From: Bryobacterales bacterium
GTDB lineage: Bacteria; Acidobacteriota; Terriglobia; Bryobacterales; UBA6623
Length of the DNA stretch: 64,000 nt
NCBI GenBank assembly: GCA_963422375.2
Contig: OY729428.2
Coordinates: 3,592,390-3,656,389, forward strand
Direction of reading: 5' to 3'
Position numbers and translations under genes: made by a program. Position 1 is the first letter of the stretch. Each line of letters opens with the position of its first letter. Below are positions 11,282 through 20,803 of this stretch, piece by piece. Under the pieces are notes generated by a model. It was not told the DNA's origin, made no database searches, and saw only the letters and a program-made list of their open reading frames with translations.

Positions 11282-11384
11282 GGCCTTAGCCTTTTCGCGG
11301 GGGGAAGGGCAGGAATCTATCGTCCCACCAGGGGCGCGCCGCGTCCAATGTGGGTATTTCGGTCAAGAAGGATCGCCCATTCGG

Positions 11385-12990
11385 CAGCGATTCTCAATTT
11401 GGGCATTTTGGGATTTCCAGAGTGTCTGAGAAAGGTGTCGAAGGCAGTCTGGCACTTGACTTTTCCTTGCGGAATTTGTGAGCTAGGGTGTATGCCCCAT
11501 GTCCTGGACTCACTGCTGAGCGCCTTCCGCGAGACGGCCGCCGGCCTGCCCGACCGGCGCGACGGTCGCCGCAACAAGCGCTACGCGGTCAGCGACGCCG
11601 CCGGTTGCGCCCTGGTGCGCCCCGGCCTGCTTCTGCACCCGGTGCGAGTCGTTCCTCGCGTTCCAGCGGCGCATGGAGCGGGACGGCTCGCGCTCCAACT
11701 GCCGGACCCTGTTCGGCGTGGGCCGCATCCCCTGCGACAAGCGGATCCACAACTTGCTCGACGACCTCGACCCGGCCGCGTGCGACCCGCTGTTCCGGCC
11801 GTGCCTCGCAACCGTGGCCGCGCAGGGCGCGCTCGAGCCCTTCCAGCGCCTCGACGAGCGCCTGCCGGCGGCTCCGGACGGCGTCCGGTTCCACCGCTCC
11901 GACACGGTGCGTTGCCCGCACTGCTCGGTGCGGCGCGTCGGCAAGGACGCGGCCGCGACCCGCGCCGACATGAGCGAGGACGAGCGCAAGCGGGACTGCG
12001 AGCGCAACGCCGCCAAGCGCTGGATCGCCGCTCGCGGCGCCTGGCTGCAGGCCTGCCGCCCCGTCCTGCCGGGCGACGACCTGCTACTGCTGCCAGCCGC
12101 TCTGCGAGGCCGCCGCGGCGGCCGGCATGGACTGCATCCGGGTAGGCAAGCCCGGATCCCGCAAGCACTTGTACGAGGTGCCGGAGAGCCGGCGGGCGAG
12201 CGGCGCGGGAAGGGCAAGCGCTCCGAGCGGCACCGTTTCCGCCGGACGGCCGCGGCGCCCCTGCGCCAGGGCCGCGACGCCCCGCGGGGCACTTGGCTCG
12301 AGTACGCCGTGGAGCGCGACGGCAAGCGCACCTGCGCCAGCAGCTTCTTCGCCAGTCTCGCGGTCAGCGCGGACAACGCGGAGCGGATCGCGCGCGCCGG
12401 CCGGGCGCGCTGGAAGATCGAGAACGAGGGCTGCAACTGCCTGGCGCGGCACGGCCGCAACTGCAAGCGCAACTTCGGGCACGGCAAGGAAGGGCTGGCC
12501 AACGTGCCGGCCGTGCCGAACCTGTTCGCCTTCGCGCTCCACGCCGTGGTGCAGTGCGTCTGCGCGCTGTGGCAGCAGTGCCGGCGCCAGCCGGTCACGC
12601 GCCGCGCCCTGTTCCGGGAGCTGCAGGTCGCGCTGCGCTGGTTCCGCTTCCCGGACCGGCCGACGCTGCTGGCGGCGGTGCGCGCCGGACGCGCGCCTCC
12701 GGGCTGCCGGGCGGCCGGGCGGCCGGGCGGCCGGGGCCTGGACTCCGCGCAGTTTCGTGCCGGCAGCGGCCGGCCAGCGGCCGGCCGGCAAAGCCGGCTA
12801 CCGCCGGAGTGCGTCCGGCCGCGGGCTCGGCACTCCGCGGACCCGCGACGCGGGCCGCACCACGGCCCTGCCCGCCGTCCGACGCTCCCGCGGGGCGGCC
12901 TCGGGAGCGCAACCTCTCGGTCAACTTATTCACCTCATCCTCCGAAACAACGTTCACGCACCCCCTTGACGGCCAAATTTAGAACCGCTG
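11385..12990 (+). mobile_element. ISNCY-like insertion sequence, copy 2, 1606 bp, internally deleted and frameshifted
   Basis: TIRs cagcgattctcaatttgg / ccaaatttagaaccgctg. 9-bp TSD cccattcgg at 11376-11384 and 12991-12999. Homologous to 5345-7067. Confidence 0.9.
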
Positions 12991-13099
12991 CCCATTCGGG
13001 GAAGTCACGATCAAGCGTTCCAATCGCAAGCCATCACGCAGTCTGATTTGACGTGATCCTCCGTCCCGATCAGCGGCGATCACAGCTGCTGTCCCAGGG

Positions 13100-13195
13100 G
13101 CAGGGAACCCGATTTCGCGCCCGTGCGCGAGGAATTGCGCGCTCGCCCCAGGCTGCCCCTGCAGCTGCTCTGGCACGAATACCGCGAGCACTTCT
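13100..13195 (+). pseudogene. IS21-family IstA fragment
   Basis: PDFAPVREELRARPRLPLQLLWHEYREH resembles the IstA 'PD...V..EL....vTl.LLW.EY' segment. Confidence 0.55.
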
Positions 13196-13599
13196 TGCCT
13201 TATTCACATAAGCGCCCATGCGGGCGCTCCGGCCGCCCCACCCCGCGAGATGAACGCGCCCCGCGTTCGATGCTGGGGCGGAGGCGCGGCGGCGGAGGCC
13301 GTTCATTCTTCGGCGGGGCCCTCGCGGCTACCCCGAGCAGCAACGTGGCCGGAGCCGTCCCGCGCGAACCCCGCAGCGCGTCCAGCGGCTGCCGCCGTCG
13401 AGGCCGAGGAGACAACTGACCAGGGCCCGGCGGTCCGAGGACCCTCCGGGCGGTTCCTCGCCGCGCCCGCCAGCGGCAGCGGCCGGCTCCCGGCAGGGAG
13501 GCGGCGCTTGGAACGAGGCATGCGGATGGAACGGAGGACGGCATGGAAGATCTTGCGAAGGCACCGGTGGAAAAGCCGCGGAAGGAGCTGGCGGAGGCG

Positions 13600-13926
13600 T
13601 CTCTGAAGCCGGTGACGCGGGCCGACGGCACCGACATCCACAACATGGTGTAGACGTGCAGGATGCTGGTCGGTGCCGACAGGGGTGAGGTCGAGGTGCA
13701 TGCGCGCCGCAGCCAGGCGTACGGTAGCGGCCTGGGCCGGTTCGCGCGCTGGATGGCGGGCCTGCGCCCGTAGCGCGTGGTGATGGAGAGCACGGGGGTG
13801 TTCCGGAAGAGCGGCAACCTGGGCCATCGCGTGTGTAGGGGCCCACTTCATTTGGGGCGGCAGCAGGCCGCCAACGAGATGCGGCGGGTGGCCGAGTTCG
13901 ACCCGGCCGTCAAGCTGGGGTCCTGA
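13600..13926 (+). pseudogene. IS110-family transposase N-terminal relic
   Basis: GTDIHNMV*TC ... RVVMESTGVF resembles the DEDD domain (G.D.HK....C; VMESTGVYW). Contains stops. Confidence 0.55.
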
Positions 13927-14425
13927 GCGGCTGAGCGGCCGGCACTTGCCTAGAACGGGGCCGGCCCGGGCACCTGGTCACTCAGCGCGAGCGAAGGGGA
14001 AGCCCGCGCGAATGGTGCCCTGCGCCGGTCCCTGACGTCAATCCAACCACCGGGCCGTCGAAGCGTCTTGCCGGGGCCGAACCGCAGAGGCGCGCCTCTA
14101 GTTCCTATTAGCTTTCGGGGGAAGAGCTTGCGCAGGCGGCAACGGGCGAACTCTGCGAATTCACGAGAGCGCCCGGATTGCGACGCTTCGCACGGGATCG
14201 GGCGAAACGCGCGGAAGCGAGGGGGTCACGGCACGGTCGCCGCGGGTCCACCGGGAGCTTCTCATGCGAAATCGAGGTGTTCGAAACGCAATGCGTCCGC
14301 CGGGAGACGGAGCGACCGGCGTCCGCATGCCGAAGGGAGCCGACTGTACCCGCAACCGGGACGTCAGCGGTCTAATCGGCGAGCGGCGGAACCGGAGCGC
14401 AGCACTGATACCGAGGAGGGACACC

Positions 14426-15538
14426 ATGCGGAGTTCAAACCAACGCGCGAGCCAGTGGAAGGAAGGTGCCATGGCGCTGGCGGTCCTCTCCGCCGTCATC
14501 GGCAGCGGACTCGTCGCGTACCTCTTCTGGACACCCTCGTCCGTGCCCGCCGAGGCCCAGCCCGAGACCATCACCGCGCCGGTCCTGCCGTCGGAGGCAG
14601 CGGTCCGGGCACCCAGGCCGGTCCGGACATCCTCCCCGGGGTCGGCAGCGGTCCGCACCGCGCCCGCGGCTCGCTTCTCCGGGACGTCGAAGGAGCCCGA
14701 AACTGCTGTGCGCTCGGAGCTGCTGATCGACCTTGACAATCCGCTGCCGGTGCCCGGTGGCGAGTCCGGCGCGCCGCCCGGGAAGTCCGTCCCGCAAGCT
14801 GGCGAAACGGCCGCGCCCGAAGCTCCGACCCAGCCGGGCGAGGCCAACGATCCCGAGCGCAAGGTCGCTCCGACGACGGTCGACTTGGCTATTCCGCCCC
14901 GGACAGAACCGCCTCCGTCGAATAACCCGGGCCGTACGCCCGACTACGGATCTCGCGAACCGGCGGAAACACAAACCGCCGCCCGGCGCGCGCCCGGCAA
15001 CGCCGCGCAGCCGACCGTCACGGTGTCCGCAGGAACCGTCCTCGCGGTTCGCCCGCTCGAGACGCTCAACTCGGCCAACAGCTCGTCCGGCGACCAGTTC
15101 CGAGCCGTGCTGGCACGCGCCTTGGACCTCGAGAACGGCGCGGCCATTCCCGCCGGCGCCTACGTGGCCGGCACCGTCCTGGAAGCCCAACCCTCCGTGA
15201 GGGTGAAGGGGCGGGCGCGGCTCTCCCTGACCTTGGACCGGATTCATGTCCAGGGCAAGATGCACTCGATCACCGCGCAACGCGTCGACTTGGAGGCGAA
15301 GAGCACCGTGAAGCGAGATGCCGCGGCAGTAGGGGTCTCCGCCGCGGTGGGAACGATCCTGGGAGGCCTTCTGGGCGGCAAGAAGGGAGCGGCGCGAGGA
15401 GCCGTCATCGGCGGGGCGGCCGGCGGGGCGGGCGCGGCACTGGCCAAGGGCCGGGAAGTGCACGTGAGCGGGGAGGACACGCTGGAGTTCGGGCTAGCGG
15501 AGCCCTTGGCGATCAACTGGCAGGAATCCGCCGAGTAG
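14426..15538 (+). CDS. Membrane-anchored protein with a Pro-rich linker, TrbI/VirB10-like beta domain and glycine zipper
   Basis: RBS gaggagg before the ATG at 14426, a TM segment, VSAGTVLAVR...SSGDQF...IPAGAYVAGTV...KGRARLSL, and a GTILGGLLGGKKGAARGAVIGG zipper. Confidence 0.7.
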   Translation: MRSSNQRASQWKEGAMALAVLSAVIGSGLVAYLFWTPSSVPAEAQPETITAPVLPSEAAVRAPRPVRTSSPGSAAVRTAPAARFSGTSKEPETAVRSELLIDLDNPLPVPGGESGAPPGKSVPQAGETAAPEAPTQPGEANDPERKVAPTTVDLAIPPRTEPPPSNNPGRTPDYGSREPAETQTAARRAPGNAAQPTVTVSAGTVLAVRPLETLNSANSSSGDQFRAVLARALDLENGAAIPAGAYVAGTVLEAQPSVRVKGRARLSLTLDRIHVQGKMHSITAQRVDLEAKSTVKRDAAAVGVSAAVGTILGGLLGGKKGAARGAVIGGAAGGAGAALAKGREVHVSGEDTLEFGLAEPLAINWQESAE

Positions 15539-15617
15539 GCCCACGTCCAGCGAGGTCGGGCCCGGCTGGCTCGGTGGCCGACTGGCAGGCATTGCGCGCC
15601 CCCGGCCCGGCTGTCTG

Positions 15618-15646
15618 TTGACACGGATTTCCGCACGCCGTAAAGT
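15618..15646 (+). promoter_or_regulatory. Sigma70-type promoter of the DtxR/feo operon
   Basis: TTGACA (15618-15623) - N17 - TAAAGT (15641-15646). Confidence 0.7.
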
Positions 15647-15648
15647 AA

Positions 15649-15666
15649 ATTTAGGCACGCCTAAAT
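15649..15666. promoter_or_regulatory. DtxR/MntR-type operator palindrome
   Basis: ATTTAGGC-AC-GCCTAAAT lies between the -10 box and the regulator ATG and resembles TTAGG..CCTAA DtxR-family boxes. Confidence 0.8.
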
Positions 15667-16344
15667 ATGGGCAGCGAGTCGATCGACGATTACCTCAAGG
15701 CGATCTTCCAGATCGCCGGGGAGTCGGACAGGGCGTCCACCGCCGCCTTGGCGAAGAAGCTGTCGGTGGCCCCTGCCTCCGTCACGGGGATGCTGAAGAA
15801 GCTCGCCGAGGCCAAGCCCCCCTGGATCGACTATCAGAAGCACCACGGCGCCCGGCTCACCGGCCGCGGCCGCTCGCGCGCGCTCGAGGTCATCCGCCAC
15901 CACCGGCTGATCGAGCTCTTCCTCCACACGGTCCTCGGGTACCGGTGGGACGAGGTCCACGCCGAAGCCGAGCATCTCGAGCACGCGATTTCCGAGACCT
16001 TCGAGGACCGGATCGCGGAGTTTCTGGGCGATCCGGAATTCGACCCCCACGGACATCCGATCCCTAGGCGGGACGGCACCGTGCCGGTCCGCTTCGACAG
16101 CGGCCTGGTGCATATGGAGCCCGGCACGCAGGCAGTGGTGTCGCGCGTTTCCGACCGCGACTCCGCGATGCTACAGTACCTCTCGAGCATCGGCGTCAAG
16201 CCGGGCGTCCTGATTCACCTCGTCGAGCGGGGCCCGTTCGACGGCCCGCTCATGCTGCGCGTGGGCTCGGCCAGTGCGGTGCATGCCTTCGGCCCCCGTC
16301 TAGCAGCCGCGATTCGAGTTCGCGAGGCGGGAAGCGAGGAATGA
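15667..16344 (+). CDS. mntR: DtxR/MntR-family metal-dependent repressor with a C-terminal FeoA-like domain
   Basis: IDDYLKAIF, SVTGMLKKL, RHHRLIELFL, VHAEAEHLEHAIS and DPHGHPIP motifs. Confidence 0.9.
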   Translation: MGSESIDDYLKAIFQIAGESDRASTAALAKKLSVAPASVTGMLKKLAEAKPPWIDYQKHHGARLTGRGRSRALEVIRHHRLIELFLHTVLGYRWDEVHAEAEHLEHAISETFEDRIAEFLGDPEFDPHGHPIPRRDGTVPVRFDSGLVHMEPGTQAVVSRVSDRDSAMLQYLSSIGVKPGVLIHLVERGPFDGPLMLRVGSASAVHAFGPRLAAAIRVREAGSEE

Positions 16345-17363
16345 CGCCCGCCCCGGTCCTGGCGCTGCTCGGGCTCGCCTTGCTGGTTGCCCCCCGAGTC
16401 GGCTTCGTCGCGCTCTTCCGCAGGTTCCGCTCTCGCCGCGACAGAACGCGGGCGGAGGACGCGCTGAAGCACGTCCTGTCGTGGCAGCAGCGGTCCGGGC
16501 CGGCCAGCCTGGAGTCTCTGGCCGGCAGCCTCCGGATCTCCCCGGCCGCGGCGCTGCGCGTGCTGCGACGGGTGGAGGCGTCCGGCTGGATCGACTACGG
16601 GACCTCCGGCATCGGGCTCACGCCTGCCGGCGAGCGCCGCGCCCTGCAGGTCGTCCGTGCCCACCGGCTGTGGGAGCGCCATCTGGCGGACGACGCGAAC
16701 ATGCCGATCGGCCGACTGCACCAAGTCGCGGAGCGCGCCGAGCACAGTCTCGGCCAGGCCCAGGTCGCCGAGCTCGACGCCCATCTCGGCCATCCGCAGC
16801 ACGACCCGCACGGGGACCCTATTCCGAGCGCCGACGGCCGGGTCGCGGAGCTCGAGGCGGTATGCATCGGCGACTGGCCGGTCGGCCCCCCCGCACGCGT
16901 GGCGCACATCGAGGACGAGCCCGACGCCGTGTTCCGGCAAGTCCTGGAGGCCGGGCTGCGGCCGTCCCAGGTCGTGCGGGTGGTCGCGAGCGACGCCACC
17001 GGCCTTGTCGTGGAATGCGGGGGAGCCGAGCGGCGCATCGACCGTGCCGTGGTGAACAACATTCACGTGGCCCCGGCGCGACCGGAAGACCTCCCGCCGC
17101 CGGGTGCCCTGCGCCTCTCGAGCTTGGCCCGGGGTGCGGGGGGCGAGGTCGTGGCCCTTGGCAGCGGCTGCACCGGCTTCACGCGGCGCCGGCTGCTGGA
17201 CCTAGGCCTCACGCCCGGCGCGAGCGTGCAGGTCGCGCTCGACAATACCTTCGGCGACCCGCGGGCGTTTCGCATCCGCGGCACGACGGTCGCGCTGCGG
17301 CGGCAGCAGGCCGAGCAGGTCTGGGTCCGCCCGCTCTCCGGACCGGAGGAGGCCTTGCGGTGA
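16341..17363 (+). CDS. DtxR-like protein with an N-terminal hydrophobic anchor and two FeoA domains
   Basis: EDALKH, RAHRLWERHL, AERAEH, DPHGDPIP, and C-terminal RRRLLDLGLTPG...GDPRAFRIRGTTVALRR (FeoA). Confidence 0.85.
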   Translation: MTPAPVLALLGLALLVAPRVGFVALFRRFRSRRDRTRAEDALKHVLSWQQRSGPASLESLAGSLRISPAAALRVLRRVEASGWIDYGTSGIGLTPAGERRALQVVRAHRLWERHLADDANMPIGRLHQVAERAEHSLGQAQVAELDAHLGHPQHDPHGDPIPSADGRVAELEAVCIGDWPVGPPARVAHIEDEPDAVFRQVLEAGLRPSQVVRVVASDATGLVVECGGAERRIDRAVVNNIHVAPARPEDLPPPGALRLSSLARGAGGEVVALGSGCTGFTRRRLLDLGLTPGASVQVALDNTFGDPRAFRIRGTTVALRRQQAEQVWVRPLSGPEEALR

Positions 17364-18151
17364 GCGTCAACGACTGCGAAGCCTGCCCCGCCCGCTCGCA
17401 GCTCGCGCAAATGGGCATCAACATCGCCGGCTGCGACCACGTGGTCGCCTTGGCCGGCAACCCAAACACCGGCAAGTCGTCCGTGTTCAACGCGCTCACC
17501 GGCCTGCGCCAGCACGTCGGCAACTGGACCGGCAAGACGGTCACGCGCGCCGAAGGCGCGTTCGGATTCGGGGGCAAGCGCTACAAGCTCGTCGACCTCC
17601 CCGGCACTTACTCGCTGCTCTCGGCGTCGCAGGACGAGGAGATCAGCCGCGACTTCCTCCTGTTCGGCCAGCCCGACTGCACGGTAGTCGTGACGGACGC
17701 GACCGCACTCGAGCGCAATCTCAACCTGGTCCTGCAGGTGCTCGAGATCACCGACCGGGCCGTGGTGTGCGTCAACCTCATGGACGAGGCGCAGCGCAAG
17801 GGAATTGAAATTGACGTGCGGAGCCTTGCCCGCGACCTCGGCGTGCCCGCCGTCCCTACCGTCGCGCGAAGCAAGCTCGGCATGGCGGAACTGGTTTCCA
17901 CGGTAGCGGCGGTCATCGCGGGGGACATCAGGACCTCGCCGCTGCGCGTCGAGACGACCGGCGACGTGCGCGAGGCGATCGGCGACCTCGTGCCGCTGAT
18001 CGAGGAATTCGCTCCGGGGCTGCCGAACGCCCGCTGGATCGCTCTGCGCCTGCTGGACGGCGACCACAAGGTGCGCGAAGCGCTGGTTTCGGGCGAGCTG
18101 GCCGGCTTGGCGCAGCGGCAGCGCGGCGCGGCCAGCGGCAGCGCCCGCTAG
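17360..18151 (+). CDS. feoB: FeoB N-terminal GTPase domain (stand-alone gene)
   Basis: GNPNTGKSSVFNALTG, VGNWTGKTV, DLPGTYSL, LERNL and NLMDEA. The GTG start overlaps the upstream TGA. Confidence 0.9.
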   Translation: MSVNDCEACPARSQLAQMGINIAGCDHVVALAGNPNTGKSSVFNALTGLRQHVGNWTGKTVTRAEGAFGFGGKRYKLVDLPGTYSLLSASQDEEISRDFLLFGQPDCTVVVTDATALERNLNLVLQVLEITDRAVVCVNLMDEAQRKGIEIDVRSLARDLGVPAVPTVARSKLGMAELVSTVAAVIAGDIRTSPLRVETTGDVREAIGDLVPLIEEFAPGLPNARWIALRLLDGDHKVREALVSGELAGLAQRQRGAASGSAR

Positions 18152-18160
18152 GAGGCGGAC

Positions 18161-19546
18161 ATGACGCCGAGCGCCGAGGCCATTCTCGATCGCAGCGACG
18201 GCCTGCGCCGGCAGGTCGGCGACCACTTCCGCGACCGCATGGTGTCCGACCTGTACGACAGCGCCCGCCGGGTCGCCGCGCGGTCGGTCCGCGAGAGCGG
18301 GTCCGGCAAGTGGGAGCTCGACCAGCGCATCGACCGGCTGGTGACCTCGCGCTGGCTGGGCCTTCCGCTGATGGCGCTGCTGCTCGGCGCCGTCTTCTGG
18401 ATCACGATTCTCGGCGCGAACGTTCCCTCGCAGCTGCTCGCGAACGCGTTCTTCGCTGTCGAGGCCGCGGCTGCCGGCTGGTTCGAGAGCCTCGGCGCAC
18501 CGTGGTGGCTGACCGGACTCGTCTGGCACGGAGTGTTCCGCGGCCTCGCATGGGTGGTCAGCGTCATGCTGCCGCCAATGGCCATCTTCTTCCCCGTGTT
18601 CACGATCCTGGAGGACCTCGGCTACCTGCCGCGCGTCGCGTTCAACCTCGACTGGCTGTTCCGCAAGGCGGGGGCGCACGGCAAGCAGGCGCTGACGATG
18701 GCCATGGGCTTCGGCTGCAACGCCGCCGGGGTGACCGCGACGCGCATTATCGACTCGCCCCGGGAGCGCCTGCTGGCGATCCTGACGAACAACTTCGTGC
18801 CCTGCAACGGCCGCTTCCCGACTCTGATCATGCTGGCCGTCATCTTCGTCGCCGCGTCCTTCCCGCCCGCCGTCGCGTCGGCCGCGGCCGCGGGAGCGGT
18901 CCTAGGCGTGGTCCTGCTGGGCGTCGGCTTCACCCTGGCCGTCTCGTGGGCACTCTCGCGCAGCGTGCTTTCCGGCGAGGCCTCGGCCTTCACTCTGGAG
19001 CTTCCGCCCTACCGCCGCCCGAGCGTCCTGCGTATCCTATACACCTCGCTGATCGACCGGACGGTCTTCGTGCTCGGCCGCGCCATTCTGACCGCCGCCC
19101 CGGCCGGCGCCGTGATCTGGATCCTCGCCAACGTCGACGCCGGAGGGGTCAGCCTCGCGTCGCGCGCAATCGAGCTGCTGCGCCCGCTCGGGGAGGCGAT
19201 CGGCCTGGACGGCGTCATCCTGCTGGCCTACGTGATCGCGATCCCCGCTAACGAGATCGTCGTTCCCACTATGCTCATGTGCTACCTCGGGGGCAGTATG
19301 ATGATGGATATAACGACATACGACGAGATCCGGACCGTGCTGGTCGACGAGCACGGCTGGACGCTGCTCACGGCCGTCAACCTGATGCTGTTCTCCTTGC
19401 TGCATAACCCCTGCGCGACGACCATCCTGACCATCTGGAAGGAGACCCGGAGCCTTCGCTGGACAGGAGTCGGAGCTCTCATGCCGCTCGCGATCGCCTT
19501 CGCCGCCTGCCTCGTGACAGCCCAGGGTGTGCATCTCTTGCTCTGA
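18161..19546 (+). CDS. feoB: FeoB membrane (Gate / nucleoside-recognition) domain (stand-alone gene)
   Basis: LEDLGYLPRVAF, GFGCN, FVPCNGR, ELPPYRRP, PANEIV and HNPC motifs. Has its own RBS ggagg. Confidence 0.9.
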   Translation: MTPSAEAILDRSDGLRRQVGDHFRDRMVSDLYDSARRVAARSVRESGSGKWELDQRIDRLVTSRWLGLPLMALLLGAVFWITILGANVPSQLLANAFFAVEAAAAGWFESLGAPWWLTGLVWHGVFRGLAWVVSVMLPPMAIFFPVFTILEDLGYLPRVAFNLDWLFRKAGAHGKQALTMAMGFGCNAAGVTATRIIDSPRERLLAILTNNFVPCNGRFPTLIMLAVIFVAASFPPAVASAAAAGAVLGVVLLGVGFTLAVSWALSRSVLSGEASAFTLELPPYRRPSVLRILYTSLIDRTVFVLGRAILTAAPAGAVIWILANVDAGGVSLASRAIELLRPLGEAIGLDGVILLAYVIAIPANEIVVPTMLMCYLGGSMMMDITTYDEIRTVLVDEHGWTLLTAVNLMLFSLLHNPCATTILTIWKETRSLRWTGVGALMPLAIAFAACLVTAQGVHLLL

Positions 19547-20799
19547 TGCAGGTGGTCCAGAGCAGCAGCGCGCCCGCACTATCCGAGCTCGACCGCTGGG
19601 ACCAGCTCCCCCGCTTGCGCGAGATGCTGGCCGCCGTCCTGCCGGGCAATCCCTTCTGGCGGCGGCGCCTCGGCGCGACGGCCGCGCCGAGCAGCGCCGA
19701 GCAGTTCCGGCGGCTCCCCCTGACCTCGAACCAAGACCTGTCCGCGGACAGCCGCGAGCACCCGCCCTTCGGCTCGAATCTGACGTACCCGCTCGCGCGC
19801 TATACCAAGTACCACCAGACCTCGGGCACGAGCGGCAGCCCGCTGGCGGTACTAGACACGGCGCGCAGCTGGGCGTGGTGGTGCGACTGCTGGGACGCGG
19901 TGCTCGACGCCTGCGGCGCGCGCCACGGCGACCGCGCGTTCTTCGCCTTCTCGTTCGCGCCCTTCATCGGATTCTGGTCGGCCTACGACGCCGTAGCGCG
20001 CCGCGGCCTGCTCGCCGTGCCCGGGGGCGGGGCCGGGACCTCGCGCCGTCTGCGCCTGCTCGCCGAGACCGGCTGCACGCTGCTATTCAGCACGCCGACC
20101 TACGCGCTGCGGATGGCGCAGACCGCGGAGCGGGAAGGGATCGACCTGCGCGACACCCCGGTACGCTGCGCGATCCTCGCCGGCGAGCCGGGCGGAAGCC
20201 TCCCGTCGCTGCGCCGGCGGGTGGCGGAGACTTGGGGCGCGCGGGTCTTCGATCACGCCGGCGCCAGCGAGGTGGGCGCGTACGGCATTCCCTGCCCGCG
20301 GGGACGCGGTGTATTCGTCAACGAGCGCGAGTTCGTGGCCGAGGTGCTGGATACCGGCAACGCGAATCCCGTCGAATGCGGCCAGACCGGCGAGCTGGTG
20401 CTGACCAACCTCGGACGCTGGGGCTGCCCGGTGATCCGCTACCGCACCGGCGACCTCGTCCGGCCCAGCCGACTCCCCGAAGGCCTGCTGCTGGAAGGCG
20501 GCGTCCTAGGCCGCGTCGACCAGATGATGCTGCTGCGAGGCGTCAACGTGCATCCGTCCGCGATCGAGGAGGCCGTCCGGCGGTTCGCCGGCAGGGCCGA
20601 GTTCCGCATCTCGGTCACGCGCAGGGGCGAGATGGACGAGGCGGAGGTCGAGGTCGAGGCGCGCCCCGCGCTCTGCGCCGCCATCGCGGGGGACGTGCGC
20701 GATTCGTTCGGTGTGCGCATCGCGGTGCGCAGCGTGCCCGGCGAGAGCCTGCCGCGCTGGCAGGCGAAGGCCAAGCGGTTCCGCGACCTGCGGGAATGA
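19546..20799 (+). CDS. Phenylacetate--CoA ligase (PaaK)-family adenylating enzyme
   Basis: HQTSGTSG, STPTY, AGEPG, GASE and IRYRTGD motifs. TGATG coupling to feoB. Confidence 0.88.
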   Translation: MQVVQSSSAPALSELDRWDQLPRLREMLAAVLPGNPFWRRRLGATAAPSSAEQFRRLPLTSNQDLSADSREHPPFGSNLTYPLARYTKYHQTSGTSGSPLAVLDTARSWAWWCDCWDAVLDACGARHGDRAFFAFSFAPFIGFWSAYDAVARRGLLAVPGGGAGTSRRLRLLAETGCTLLFSTPTYALRMAQTAEREGIDLRDTPVRCAILAGEPGGSLPSLRRRVAETWGARVFDHAGASEVGAYGIPCPRGRGVFVNEREFVAEVLDTGNANPVECGQTGELVLTNLGRWGCPVIRYRTGDLVRPSRLPEGLLLEGGVLGRVDQMMLLRGVNVHPSAIEEAVRRFAGRAEFRISVTRRGEMDEAEVEVEARPALCAAIAGDVRDSFGVRIAVRSVPGESLPRWQAKAKRFRDLRE

Positions 20800-20803
20800 C
20801 CTG

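Noticed and set aside
5345..12990. Composite transposon formed by the two ISNCY copies
   Set aside because: Each copy has its own distinct 9-bp TSD, so they are independent insertions.
18149..18163. feoB split as a sequencing error or pseudogene
   Set aside because: The break falls between domains with a stop followed by a proper GGAGG RBS and ATG, and both halves keep their motifs.
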